Below the pieces are notes generated by a model. The model was not told the DNA's origin and did not search any database. It saw only the letters and a list, made by a program, of their open reading frames with translations. Positions 37,323-46,994 of a DNA stretch of 64,000 nucleotides are shown here, in pieces (within the stretch, counting starts at the first letter, position 1; every line of letters starts with the position of its first letter). Source of the DNA: an uncultured Nitrososphaerales archaeon (GTDB taxonomy: Archaea > Thermoproteota > Nitrososphaeria > Nitrososphaerales > Gagatemarchaeaceae). The translations under genes and the position numbers were made by a program. The DNA is taken from NCBI GenBank assembly GCA_963706445.1, contig OY970160.1, positions 1,312,001-1,376,000 on the forward strand. The letters run 5' to 3'.

Positions 37323-37775
37323 ATGAGCTCAGAAGAGACCAGGACACATACGGCACTGCACATCGTCAAGGGGGCGGAGGAGAGGGTCCTAGGGGGGAAG
37401 AAGACTGCTTCGGTCTATGTTTCCGGGCCCCACGGGAGGCTGACGGTCCAGCTCGAGAGGAAACCCACAGACGAAGAGATGGCAAGTGTCGAGAAGGCGG
37501 CCAACGACAAGATTGCGGAGGGGTCCGAGGTGCTGGAGTTCGAGATGGAGAAGGAGGAGGCTGAGGGGCACTTTGGGAACGCGATCTACGACCTGTTCCC
37601 ATTGCCCCCCGGTGCAGCTAGGCTCAAGATGGTCAGGATACCGGACTGGAACATCAACTGCTGCAACGAGAGGCATGTGGAGAACACCCTCCAGGTGGGG
37701 AAGATCCGCCTGGGAAAGCCGAGATACAGGAACTCGAAGAGGGAGCTCGAAATCGAGTTCGACCTGCTGGAGTAG
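37323..37775 (+). CDS. alaX: Free-standing alanyl-tRNA editing protein (AlaX)
   Basis: HxxxH (HTALH) and CxxxH (CNERH) zinc ligands. Confidence 0.88.
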   Translation: MSSEETRTHTALHIVKGAEERVLGGKKTASVYVSGPHGRLTVQLERKPTDEEMASVEKAANDKIAEGSEVLEFEMEKEEAEGHFGNAIYDLFPLPPGAARLKMVRIPDWNINCCNERHVENTLQVGKIRLGKPRYRNSKRELEIEFDLLE

Positions 37776-37812
37776 GAACAGGTAATATTCCGGTTCTTTG
37801 CGGCTCCCGCTT

Positions 37813-37936
37813 GGGCCCGTAGCGCAGTACGGACAGCGCGGCAGACTCAACGAGGTCGAGCCTCCTATCCGTCTGAAGACAGCTGTAGTGAGCCTTGAGC
37901 TCGCAGAGGTCGTGCGTTCAAATCGCACCGGGCCCG
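37813..37936 (+). tRNA. tRNA-Arg(CCT) with three introns (approx. 37844-37859, 37868-37880, 37888-37907)
   Basis: Acceptor GGGCCCG/CGGGCCC, D-stem GCGC/GCGC, T-arm GTGCG-TTCAAAT-CGCAC; removing 16+13+20 nt gives anticodon arm GCAGC-CTCCTAA-GCTGT, variable loop AGGTC and a 75-nt cloverleaf. Confidence 0.85.
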
Positions 37937-38243
37937 CGTTTTGCTATCTAATGGCGGGCGTAGAATTCTGCGACTGCCCTGAATGACTCCTTCGGCTCCC
38001 ACGGCATGTCCGGATAGGTCGCCCCGTGCCTGCCGCCCGAACCTTCGGGTAGAGCCTCATGGGAACACCGAATCACGGTCTGAAGAGTTTGAACCAGATC
38101 CGACTCGTGTTTTCTTGGGCGGGTATTAGTTCAATTTCGACCAAATCCCCGTTGATCGCAATCCGCACGTCAGTGACAGCCCCGACAATGAGTTCCTGTC
38201 TCTTCCCTTCGGGAAGCGGACCTGCACTCGGCACCGCGTCTCT

Positions 38244-38990
38244 TCACCTCCACTTCGTAAGGATCTCCTCTCTGCGGAATGTCGTCCTTGAGACGAAGAA
38301 GAGGAGCACGTCTACCACAAGGAGGGCGCCCAAGATTATCAAGTAGGCGGACGTCGAGCCGAGGTCGATGATGTCCAGCTCTCCGGCTACGTAAAGCCCG
38401 GCGAAGGGCAGGATCGTAAGAACTCCAATCTGTTGACCGGACCGGACGTCGCTTATCCTAGATGAGACGATCACGTTCACCTGGACGCTCAGCAGAGCTG
38501 CTAGGGGGACCAGGGTGAGGAGTGGGGTGACTGCGTCCCAATTGGGGAAGTAGTAGTAACCCAGCGTACTGTGAGTCGTAACATCCATGTAAGTCATGAA
38601 GACAGTCGCCCCTCCCAAGACTGCTATCAAGGGCGGGAGGAACGCGGCGATCCCTTTTCCAAGAAGGATCTCGCCGTCCGTCGTTGGAGTTGCCAATAGT
38701 GGCTCCAAGCTCTTCTCGACCTTCTCGCCCACAATGGTGTAGGATGCGATGGGCGTCGGGATATAGGCCGCAAGGATCACGAAGAAGAAGAGAAAAGCGG
38801 GAAGAAGTACCATGAGCTCCGAAGCCGGAATTCCGTTCGCGCCGTTCTTGTGACCTGCAAAGTTGATCACGGTAGGGATGAGGATGGCGACGATCAGCGG
38901 GGTCACCACCAGAGAGTAGATTATGTTCCTCTTCTTCCTGTACGTCTTGAAGTCCTTCGAAGCGATAATCCACGACTTCGAGAGTCTCAT
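38244..38990 (-). CDS. ABC-2 type permease
   Basis: IVGEK..KSLEPLLATP…EILLGK; six TM helices. Confidence 0.9.
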   Translation of the reverse strand: MRLSKSWIIASKDFKTYRKKRNIIYSLVVTPLIVAILIPTVINFAGHKNGANGIPASELMVLLPAFLFFFVILAAYIPTPIASYTIVGEKVEKSLEPLLATPTTDGEILLGKGIAAFLPPLIAVLGGATVFMTYMDVTTHSTLGYYYFPNWDAVTPLLTLVPLAALLSVQVNVIVSSRISDVRSGQQIGVLTILPFAGLYVAGELDIIDLGSTSAYLIILGALLVVDVLLFFVSRTTFRREEILTKWR

Positions 38991-39907
38991 TGGGCTTCCC
39001 TCACCAGCTTCAGGTAGGCGTCCTCCAAGGTGGAGCCGACTATGGTGACGGATTGAAGGTGGCCTCCAGCCCGGACTATCGCGTCCACGATAGCTGCATT
39101 CTCCTTCTCGGGGTCTTTCACATCGATGGTCAGTCTGTTGCCGACGACGACCAAGTTCCCGATCGGCAGCTTCCTCACAGCGGCAAGGATAACGTCGTTG
39201 GTCTGCTCGAGTTGGATTACAGTCTTCCTACCGCTCACCAACCGCTCGAGCTCGGTGGGGGTGCCGACCGCCATCAGCTTGGTGTTGAGTATCGCAATCC
39301 TGTCGCAGATCCTCTGGGCCTCGTCCAGGTTGTGGGTGTTCAGGAAGATCGTCTTCTTCTCCTTCTTTAGCTCGAGAATGAAGTCCCTGACTGTCTTCGA
39401 CGATTCCGGATCGAGATTAGCCGTCGGCTCGTCCATGAATAGTATCTCCGGATCGTGGATGAGAGAGCGCGCGATTGCGAGCTTCTGCTTCATCCCCTTG
39501 GAGAAGGTGCCTGCCGCGACGTCCTTCTTCTCCCATAATCCGAGCATCGTGAGGAACCTTTGGATGTTCTTCTTCCTCTGCGTCGCCGTGCAGTCGTAGA
39601 GCTTCCCGTAAAAGTCCAGGTTGTCGTAGGCGCTGAGGCTCTCGTAGAGGCCCACGTTGTCGGGGACGAGCCCGATTAGCTTCCTTATCTTGAGCGCATC
39701 AGCCTCTTTGCCTACGTCGTAGCCGCCCACATTTGCTTCCCCGCTGGTCTTTGATATCAGGCAGGAGAGCATCCTCACCGTGGTGGTCTTTCCCGCTCCG
39801 TTCGGTCCAAGGAAGCCGAAGACTTCGCCCTCCTCAACTCGGAAAGTCACGTCGTCGACTGCAGTAACATCGCCGAACTTCCTCGTCAGGTTTTTGGTCT
39901 CAATCAC
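38987..39907 (-). CDS. ABC transporter ATP-binding protein
   Basis: GPNGAGKTT, FSKGMKQ, FMDEPT. Confidence 0.95.
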   Translation of the reverse strand: MIETKNLTRKFGDVTAVDDVTFRVEEGEVFGFLGPNGAGKTTTVRMLSCLISKTSGEANVGGYDVGKEADALKIRKLIGLVPDNVGLYESLSAYDNLDFYGKLYDCTATQRKKNIQRFLTMLGLWEKKDVAAGTFSKGMKQKLAIARSLIHDPEILFMDEPTANLDPESSKTVRDFILELKKEKKTIFLNTHNLDEAQRICDRIAILNTKLMAVGTPTELERLVSGRKTVIQLEQTNDVILAAVRKLPIGNLVVVGNRLTIDVKDPEKENAAIVDAIVRAGGHLQSVTIVGSTLEDAYLKLVREAQ

Positions 39908-40128
39908 AAAGAGCCCAGCTATTCCTGCCCGAACCTAGACCGGTAATTAAGACCTAGGCGTATTTCTTCCCTTCTGCCTTTCATCGGCTCGCTTCTCATC
40001 GTAAGCATCCTCGTGGGTGTTTTCGGGTTCGACTCCGGGGGCTACAGGGCCAGAGGGCCTGCCGTTACGAATTCGCGTTGACCAGCATCTGAAGGCCTTT
40101 CTTGGCCATTGACTGAACTCAATTTTTC

Positions 40129-41634
40129 CTAGTATCCTGACGGCATGCCATCCCCTCGGACGTCGCACACCGCCTTCCTGTAGCGTCCTGACATTTCGAT
40201 AGCCTGGCAGACTCCTGTTTTCCCGGGCATGGGCAGTTTCTCGATGCTGTATCCCCCTCGAGGAATCCCGTATCCTTCCTCGACCAAGATCGTCTTCCCT
40301 CCTCCCCAGAGGAAACGAGGGTGACCGACATTCTGCTCCGCGGGCATGGAATAGTCGACGGCGTTCGTCACGAAGAGGGCGTGCTGCATAGGCCTGTAGT
40401 CGCCCCCGCTGGTGCCTATGGACAGGTACGGTCTGCCACCCCTTTCGAGAATCATCGAAGACAGTGTGTGCAGAGGTCGCTTGTGAGGCTCGACCTTGTT
40501 GGGGCCAGACATGCTGAACCCCGAAGCTCTGCTATTCAGGAAGATGCCGCACTCAGGGACGAAGACGCGAGAACCGAAGTGCTGGAAGAGGCTCTGAATC
40601 CCGGAGACGATGTTCCCCTCGGAGTCGACCACCGAGAAGGCGGTCGTGTCCCCCGTCCTGACGGGTCCCGATCCCTCCAGGCCTCCGATGTCCGTCGAGA
40701 GGAAAGATTTCACGTCAATAGGTCCGAACCTTGGGTCCCCGAGCATTTGGTCACGGCGAGCATAGGCAGGAAGCACCGCCTTCATGGTTAGCTCGATTCT
40801 TTCTTTCGAGAGCTGGCCGACCTTCGGAAGTCCGGCACCCGCAAGGAGCTTGAGTATGAGCAGGCTCGTGGCGCCCATGCTGTTTGGAGGAACCTCGTAA
40901 ACAGTGGTGCCGTTGTATTCGAGCCTAAGAGGCTCGACCCATTCTGGCTTGGAATCAGAAAAGTCTTCGAGTCGGCAATGTATGCCGAGCGATTCGAGAG
41001 CGGCAGAAATCTCCTCGGCAGCCTGACCGGAATAGAACCCTTCGGGCCCCCGGTCCGCGACCTCGGATATCACCCTACCCAGTGCTTCCTGGCGTAACCA
41101 TTCGCCTAGTTTCGGAGGCTTGCCAGAAGGCGCGAAGATGCGGAGGGCGTCGGGCGTGAGGGCACCGTATGCCCCCGCCACGGACCTGCAGATTCCTTCG
41201 CCCGCCGGAAACCCCCTTGCAGCGAGGTCAATCGAAGGCCTGAGGAGTCCCTTGAACTCGGAACGTCCGAGCTTCCTGTGCATCTCCCACACTCCGCCGA
41301 CGAGGCCCGGGACGACGCAGGTCAGAGGACCAAAAGTGGGCATGCGGCCGCCTGTCATGGACCTCACGAGTTCTGCCGTGAGCCCCGTCGGGGACCAGCC
41401 GCTCCCGTTCAAGCAGGATACCTTCCCCGACTTGGACTCGTAGAACATGCCGAAGAAGTCCCCGCCAATCCCTCCCGCAGGGTGGAACACCACAGAAAGC
41501 GCGAAGCTGACAGCTGTGGCGGCGTCGAAGGCGTTGCCCCCAGCGCGGAGGATGTCGTATCCTGCCATGGTGGCCAGAGGCTGCTCGCTTGCTACGGCCG
41601 CATGCTCGGCGAGGATTGTCTTGGTCGGGGCCAT
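40129..41634 (-). CDS. ggt: Gamma-glutamyltransferase
   Basis: GGNAFDAA, GIGGD, PPNS.G, nucleophile DTT, KRPLHTL, D.RG.G. Confidence 0.93.
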   Translation of the reverse strand: MAPTKTILAEHAAVASEQPLATMAGYDILRAGGNAFDAATAVSFALSVVFHPAGGIGGDFFGMFYESKSGKVSCLNGSGWSPTGLTAELVRSMTGGRMPTFGPLTCVVPGLVGGVWEMHRKLGRSEFKGLLRPSIDLAARGFPAGEGICRSVAGAYGALTPDALRIFAPSGKPPKLGEWLRQEALGRVISEVADRGPEGFYSGQAAEEISAALESLGIHCRLEDFSDSKPEWVEPLRLEYNGTTVYEVPPNSMGATSLLILKLLAGAGLPKVGQLSKERIELTMKAVLPAYARRDQMLGDPRFGPIDVKSFLSTDIGGLEGSGPVRTGDTTAFSVVDSEGNIVSGIQSLFQHFGSRVFVPECGIFLNSRASGFSMSGPNKVEPHKRPLHTLSSMILERGGRPYLSIGTSGGDYRPMQHALFVTNAVDYSMPAEQNVGHPRFLWGGGKTILVEEGYGIPRGGYSIEKLPMPGKTGVCQAIEMSGRYRKAVCDVRGDGMPSGY

Positions 41635-41790
41635 CAGAGGAGATACTCCAGCGGCGTTCTTAAAATGAATATGAGAGCTTCTGAATAGATCCCATGTTCT
41701 TGGCCCGATTCGGCCTGCTTCATCGGCAGACCACCCCGAGAATCTATTTATAGAGCGAACAGCTCGTATACAACCATCTGGAGATAACCA

Positions 41791-42459
41791 ATGAGCCAAT
41801 CTGAGCTTGATGCTGTCCTGGGGACAGTCGAGAACCCAATCCGGAGGAAGATCATCGCCAGACTCAGCGATGAGCCGAACTATCAACTCGCGCTTTCGAA
41901 GGAGCTCGGGCTAAGCCAACAGCTCGTTGCCAAGCATCTGGACACCATGGAGGTCGCGGGGCTCGTGAGCACCATCGCCCAAGACAGCCCGAGAGGGCCT
42001 CCCAGGAAGGAGTACATGCTGAAGAAGAGCTTCTCTGTCACCATCGACCTCGCGCCCAACCTGTTCAGGGCCCGAATGTTCTCATTCGGAGCGGTTCCAG
42101 GGGTACACGAAAGCGAAGATCGGGCGCAGATGGCCGCCAACGTCAACGAGGCCCTGAGGTACCCTGAAGGTGCTTCCAGAATAAGGCCTCTGACCCGCGT
42201 AGTCGCCGAGGTGGACAAGAAGCTGAAGGAGATGGAAGAGGAGCGAGCGGTCTTGCTTTACCTCAGGAGCCTCGCCCTGAGAGAGGCTGCGAGGATAACC
42301 ACGTCGCTTCCGAGCGACGACAGGAGGAAGGTCCTGAGGTACCTGATGAAGGAGCAGGGAGACGGCGTAGGTGGAATCAGCGCTTCACTCGGCCTGCAAA
42401 AGCAGGTAGTCGGGGACATCCTCGAAGAGATAGAAAGAGAGTTCGTCGGTTCCGACTAA
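41791..42459 (+). CDS. ArsR-family regulator with a coiled coil and a second HTH
   Basis: ENPIRRKI…LS..LG.SQQ.V.KHL..ME.AGLV…GPPRK.Y. Confidence 0.88.
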   Translation: MSQSELDAVLGTVENPIRRKIIARLSDEPNYQLALSKELGLSQQLVAKHLDTMEVAGLVSTIAQDSPRGPPRKEYMLKKSFSVTIDLAPNLFRARMFSFGAVPGVHESEDRAQMAANVNEALRYPEGASRIRPLTRVVAEVDKKLKEMEEERAVLLYLRSLALREAARITTSLPSDDRRKVLRYLMKEQGDGVGGISASLGLQKQVVGDILEEIEREFVGSD

Positions 42460-42484
42460 AAAGGGAAAGAGGAGCGGAGCTCCT

Positions 42485-42661
42485 CTACAGTCCTACGTTC
42501 GGAAAGCTTGCCTGTGGGACTCCGAGCTGGCCCTGAAGCGTCCTGATACGGGTCGCATATTCCTTCATCCGGGCATTGTCGCCCTGGACCTTTGCGATCC
42601 GGTACCCCTTCCAAGCCTTGCGGAGGGCTCCCCAGACTTGTCCTGGTTGATATTCGGGCAT
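42485..42661 (-). CDS. Small helical protein (58 aa; not in the ORF track)
   Basis: MPEYQPGQVWGALRKAWKGYRIAKVQGDNARMKEYATRIRTLQGQLGVPQASFPNVGL; clean ATG-to-TAG frame filling a gap of about 300 nt. Confidence 0.75.
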   Translation of the reverse strand: MPEYQPGQVWGALRKAWKGYRIAKVQGDNARMKEYATRIRTLQGQLGVPQASFPNVGL

Positions 42662-42762
42662 TGTCTTTAGACCTTGGACGTTTCATTCCTTGGTGAGTAT
42701 TTTGCGAGCGGGGTCTATTCCAGTTGAGCCGGTAATCAACGCCGGCTACCCGCCATGTGAGG

Positions 42763-43608
42763 TCAGACCAGCGACCTTAGGAGGAGCCAGATGTTGCTCG
42801 GGTGCTCGGATATCCTTCTCTTCGAGTATGCGTACCAACGGTCACCGTACGGCAGGTACTCCGAGACGGCGTACCCTGACTTCACAAGTTCGACCTTCAG
42901 CTCGTCCCTTATCCCCTTTAGCAGCTCGAAGCGGAAGCTGACCTTCCTGGATTCGGCGAGGGACTTCGTCTTGTCGATGAGCACCGAGTCGTGGGTCCCC
43001 ACGGCGAAATTCTGGCCCCTTTGAAAGAGGAGTTCGAGGAGCTTGGCGAAGTTCTCCCTTACTTCATCTCTACTCGGATAGACGAAGTCCTGGCTCTCTC
43101 TGTAGGCCCCCTTGACCAGCCTCACCGTCCCCCCGGCGTCGAGGATCTTCTTCAAGTCAGACTCGCTCCTCCGTGCATAGGCCTGGAGGGCCACGCCCGT
43201 GGTCGGGTGCTTCTCGTGAAGCTGGAGGTACGTATCGATCGTCGCTTCGGTGAATGCAGATCCTTCCATGTCTATCCAGAGCAGCTGCTTGAGGTGATCA
43301 GCGTTGTCAGCGATCCTTTCCACCCGGGCGCGCATCCCATGGTCGTCTGCGCCCATCCCGAGCTGGGTAAGCTTGACCGAGACGAAGCCGTTGATCTCAC
43401 CGTCGGCGAGGGCCTGCTGAAGTTTGAGGTACTCGTTTGTGTGTGCGTCGGCCTCCGCGGGGTCCTTGATCTCCTCACCAAGGAAGTTCACGACGACCCC
43501 GATGCCTTTGGAGTTCGCCTTCTTCGCATCCTCCAAAGCTGTGTCCATGGCGACACCTGCTATCCACCGTCTCGCAAGTGGAAGGACGAAGGTCTCCTTC
43601 AGGCCCAA
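42763..43608 (-). CDS. Monofunctional proline dehydrogenase
   Basis: SVKLTQLG, IDME, LQAY, RLVKGAY.E, GTHD, YLPYG..WY.Y..RR. Confidence 0.95.
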   Translation of the reverse strand: MGLKETFVLPLARRWIAGVAMDTALEDAKKANSKGIGVVVNFLGEEIKDPAEADAHTNEYLKLQQALADGEINGFVSVKLTQLGMGADDHGMRARVERIADNADHLKQLLWIDMEGSAFTEATIDTYLQLHEKHPTTGVALQAYARRSESDLKKILDAGGTVRLVKGAYRESQDFVYPSRDEVRENFAKLLELLFQRGQNFAVGTHDSVLIDKTKSLAESRKVSFRFELLKGIRDELKVELVKSGYAVSEYLPYGDRWYAYSKRRISEHPSNIWLLLRSLV

Positions 43609-43652
43609 ATCGGGCCGCCTCCGAGAAGACTACATATTAACGGTGTAATCAA

Positions 43653-44768
43653 ATGCCAATGGCGAGAATGAAAGGAGACACCATCTACGCGAAGAGGGTC
43701 GAGAGGCTCAGGGAGGCGCTCCAAGAGAAGGGGCTACGGGGGACCGTGGTGGTCCCTGGGCCGAACATGGCGTATTTCACCGGGGTCAACTCCCTTCTGC
43801 TTGAGAGGCCGTTCATGCTGCTGATCCCGACGGCGGGGGGGCCGCACCTGGTGGCTCCGTTTTTCGAATCGGGGCCGTACGTCGACGGTCCGCTGTCTGT
43901 GGAGGTGCACCCTTGGACCGACTCCGAAGGCTCGGCCGGGGCGATATCGAAGGCGGCCAAGGGCGTCGGAATGCGTGGTAAGTGGGGGGTGGAGGGGAGG
44001 ACCCCGTATCTTTACCTCGACAGGCTGATGAAGGAGGCCTCGCCGAAGCTCGGGGACGCGGAACCGGTTCTGCAGGGACTGAGGGAGATCAAGGACGAGA
44101 AGGAGATGAGGCTGCTGAAGAAGGCGGCGAGCATACTCAGCGGGGCATTCAAGGAGTTCCCAGGCATCGTAAAGGAAGGGATGACGGAGGTCGCTGTTTC
44201 AAAGGCGGCAACGGAGGAGATCTACGCCAAGGGTGCGAGCCACGTCGACGACATGCTCGTCCAGTCAGGCCCCAGGTGCGCCGACCCACACAGCCTCCCG
44301 TCGGAGAGAAAGATCGGGAGAGGGGAGAGCATCATCATCGACGTCGGGGCGGCGTTCGAGGGGTACTACGCCGACATCACAAGGGCGTTCTGCATCGGCC
44401 AGTCCCAGGAGGTCGAGAGGGTATACTCGAAGGTCCTTGAAGCGAATCAGGCGGGGATTGCGGAGACGGCGAAAGGGGCAAGGGTCGGCACGGTGGACGC
44501 AGCGGCCAGGGACGTCCTCATAGAGGCGAGTCTGGGGAAGTACTTCACCCACAGGACGGGGCACGGGCTCGGGCTCGAGATCCACGAGGCCCCCTACATA
44601 GTGGAGGGAGGAAGAGAGAAGCTGGACTCTGGCATGTGTTTCACCATCGAGCCGGGAGCCTACATCAGAGGGAAATTGGGGGTCAGGATAGAGGACGATG
44701 TCCTGATAGATGGAAGGAACGGAGTCGCAATAACGGACACCCCGAAGGAATTCGGCTGGTGGAAGTAG
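43653..44768 (+). CDS. Xaa-Pro peptidase (M24B)
   Basis: D.G….GY.ADITR, HRTGHGLGLEIHE.P, TIEPG, GVRIEDD. Confidence 0.95.
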   Translation: MPMARMKGDTIYAKRVERLREALQEKGLRGTVVVPGPNMAYFTGVNSLLLERPFMLLIPTAGGPHLVAPFFESGPYVDGPLSVEVHPWTDSEGSAGAISKAAKGVGMRGKWGVEGRTPYLYLDRLMKEASPKLGDAEPVLQGLREIKDEKEMRLLKKAASILSGAFKEFPGIVKEGMTEVAVSKAATEEIYAKGASHVDDMLVQSGPRCADPHSLPSERKIGRGESIIIDVGAAFEGYYADITRAFCIGQSQEVERVYSKVLEANQAGIAETAKGARVGTVDAAARDVLIEASLGKYFTHRTGHGLGLEIHEAPYIVEGGREKLDSGMCFTIEPGAYIRGKLGVRIEDDVLIDGRNGVAITDTPKEFGWWK

Positions 44769-45038
44769 CTACTTCTCTTTTGAGAACTGCGACACCATTG
44801 TGTTGGTGTCCGCCACGTGTTTTATCTTCTCGATCTTCTCCAGGACAAGCCTGTAGACCTTCTCATCGCTCCCTATGGCCACCTCTTTCTTGGAGCTGAT
44901 GACCGCAAGGATGTCCCAGTTCCCGGGGACGATGTGGACCTCCCTGATCTCGGGAATCTTCATCAGGTTGTCAACCACCTCTTCCTCGTGGCCAGGGATC
45001 ACCTTCATGAGAACGAAGGCCTTCTGAAATACAGCCAA
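44769..45038 (-). CDS. Lrp/AsnC ligand-binding-domain-only protein
   Basis: AFVL..V.PG.E..V…L…EVH.V.G.WDI…TNT; start uncertain. Confidence 0.8.
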   Translation of the reverse strand: MAVFQKAFVLMKVIPGHEEEVVDNLMKIPEIREVHIVPGNWDILAVISSKKEVAIGSDEKVYRLVLEKIEKIKHVADTNTMVSQFSKEK

Positions 45039-45094
45039 GTCGAAACGACGCGCCAGACTGCTTTTAAAAAGTCTTTTCACATGAAATTGCCGCT

Positions 45095-46783
45095 TTGAAG
45101 AACAACGAGGTCGCGGAGCTCCTCGACAGGCTCGGAGAGCTCGTGGAGGCGAACGGGGAGGACAGGTTCAAGGTGATCGCCTACCGCCGCGCCGCGACAA
45201 GCGTCCGGAACCTGGACGAGGACGTCGAGAATGTCTGGAGGGAGGGGAAGCTCGAGGAGATCAAATATGTGGGGGAAGGGATTGCGAGGAAGATCGATGA
45301 GTACCTGAGCACCGGGAAGCTCGGGCTACTTGAGCGGCTGAGCCAGAGGACCCCCGCGGGGGTGCCGTTGCTGATGAAGGTGCAGGGGGTGGGGCCGAGG
45401 ACGGCATTCCACCTTTCGCATGAGCTTGGAATCGCCAGCGTGGAGGGACTGAAGAAGGCCCTCGACGAAGGGAGGCTCGACTCCGAGTTCGGGCCGACGG
45501 TGAGGGAGGAGTTCCGGGTCGGGATACAGAAGCTGCAGAGCTTCGAAAAGCGGATGCTACTCCCGGAGGCGGAGGGGACCTACCAGACCCTCGCGGCATA
45601 CTTCGCGGCCCTGGGCATCCAGGTGGGGATGGCGGGGAGCCTGAGGAGAGGGAAGAGCACGGTCGGTGATCTCGACTTCCTTTCGATGGACAAGAGGGTC
45701 GTCGACGCGATCACGGGGTGCCCGGGGGTCGCCCAGGTGCTCGAGAGCGGGCCAAGGAGGACGAGCGTCAAACTGAAGGAAGGGGTGCAGGTGGACGTGA
45801 GGCTCTTCTCGAAAGAAGAGTACGGAGCGGCTCTTGTCTACTTCACTGGGTCGAAGGACCACAACATAGCGCTCAGGAACCTCGCCATCGAGAAGGGGTG
45901 GAAGCTCAATGAGTACGGGCTCTTCAACAAGGCGGGGAAGCGGCTCGCCGGTGAGTCTGAGGGGGGAGTGTACAGGAAGCTGGGACTTGCCTACATCCCG
46001 CCGGAGCTGAGGGAGAACATGGGAGAGGTAGAGGCCGCAAGGGAAGGGAAGCTCCCCCACCTGATAGAGTCGGATGACATCAAAGGAGACCTGCAGATGC
46101 ACACGACCTACAGCGACGGGTCTGCGTCTCTGCAGGAGATGGCGAAGGGGGCGAAGGAGAGAGGGCACCAGTATATCGCGGTCACGGACCATTCGGTGTC
46201 TGTCAGGGTGGCCAACGGGCTGTCGGAGGAGAGGTTCAGGAGGGAGTGGAAGGAGATCGACAAGCTGAACGACGAGCTATCCCCGTTCAGGATACTGAAG
46301 GCGGTCGAGGTCGAGATCAAGAGCGACGGTTCCCTGGACTTTGAGAAGAAGTTCCTCGACGAGTTCGACCTGGTGGGGGCGTCGCTCCATCAGAACTTCA
46401 AGCAGGATGCGGAAAAGCTCACAGAAAGGGCGGTAAGGGCCCTGTCGCACCCGTCTGTCAACTTCATGTGCCACCCGACGAACAGACTCATCGGAAGGAG
46501 GGAAGGGAACCCCATCGATCTGGCCAGGGTGATACGGACAGCGAAAGAGAACGGCAAGATGCTGGAGATAGACGGACAGCCTGAAAGGCTGGACCTCGAC
46601 GAGGTCTGGGCCAAGAGGGCGATGGAGGAGGGAGTACCCATAGTCATCGACTCGGACGCCCATTCCGTGAGCGAGCTGGATAACTTAGGTTACGGGGTCT
46701 TGCTCGCAAGGAGGGCTTGGCTTGAGGCGAAGGATGTGGCCAACACTAAGGGCCTGAGGGCACTACTGAATTCTGTCTCGTAG
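45095..46783 (+). CDS. polX: DNA polymerase X with a PHP domain
   Basis: GSLRRG..TVGDLD, VDVR, YFTGSK.HN; PHP motifs QMHT.YSDG, TDH, HP, SDAH. Confidence 0.95.
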   Translation: MKNNEVAELLDRLGELVEANGEDRFKVIAYRRAATSVRNLDEDVENVWREGKLEEIKYVGEGIARKIDEYLSTGKLGLLERLSQRTPAGVPLLMKVQGVGPRTAFHLSHELGIASVEGLKKALDEGRLDSEFGPTVREEFRVGIQKLQSFEKRMLLPEAEGTYQTLAAYFAALGIQVGMAGSLRRGKSTVGDLDFLSMDKRVVDAITGCPGVAQVLESGPRRTSVKLKEGVQVDVRLFSKEEYGAALVYFTGSKDHNIALRNLAIEKGWKLNEYGLFNKAGKRLAGESEGGVYRKLGLAYIPPELRENMGEVEAAREGKLPHLIESDDIKGDLQMHTTYSDGSASLQEMAKGAKERGHQYIAVTDHSVSVRVANGLSEERFRREWKEIDKLNDELSPFRILKAVEVEIKSDGSLDFEKKFLDEFDLVGASLHQNFKQDAEKLTERAVRALSHPSVNFMCHPTNRLIGRREGNPIDLARVIRTAKENGKMLEIDGQPERLDLDEVWAKRAMEEGVPIVIDSDAHSVSELDNLGYGVLLARRAWLEAKDVANTKGLRALLNSVS

Positions 46784-46825
46784 GCGCCTCGAATGTTAAT
46801 AACGGAATTTGGGGACTCGGGCCTC

Positions 46826-46926
46826 GCGGGGGTACTGAAGCCAGGTCAACCAGGTAGGACTTAAGCGTCAAAAGCCGAGAGATCCTATCCCTTAGGGGTT
46901 CGTGGGTTCGAATCCCACCCCCCGCA
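46826..46926 (+). tRNA. tRNA-Leu(TAA) with a canonical 37/38 intron (46866-46881)
   Basis: GCGGGGG/CCCCCGC acceptor, TAGGA-CTTAAG[intron]A-TCCTA, long variable arm CCCTTAGGG, GTGGG-TTCGAAT-CCCAC. Confidence 0.92.
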
Positions 46927-46994
46927 TGCAATACTACCCGACTCGGGCGAAGAGTTTATCGTCTTACGAGGACCACGAATATCGGGGGCTAGAC

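Noticed and set aside
37841-37890. Alternative anticodons (CAA, GAA, GTA) inside the 124-nt tRNA gene
   Set aside because: Only the CCT reading gives a paired anticodon stem, a 7-nt loop and the standard AGGTC variable loop
40025-40036. GGGTTCGACTCC T-loop-like motif as a tRNA fragment or att site
   Set aside because: No acceptor or D-arm context, and it does not match the 3' end of the nearby tRNA-Arg
42460-42760. Possible structured ncRNA (SRP or RNase P) in the gap of about 300 nt
   Set aside because: No SRP or RNase P consensus recognised; the gap is explained by a 58-aa ORF
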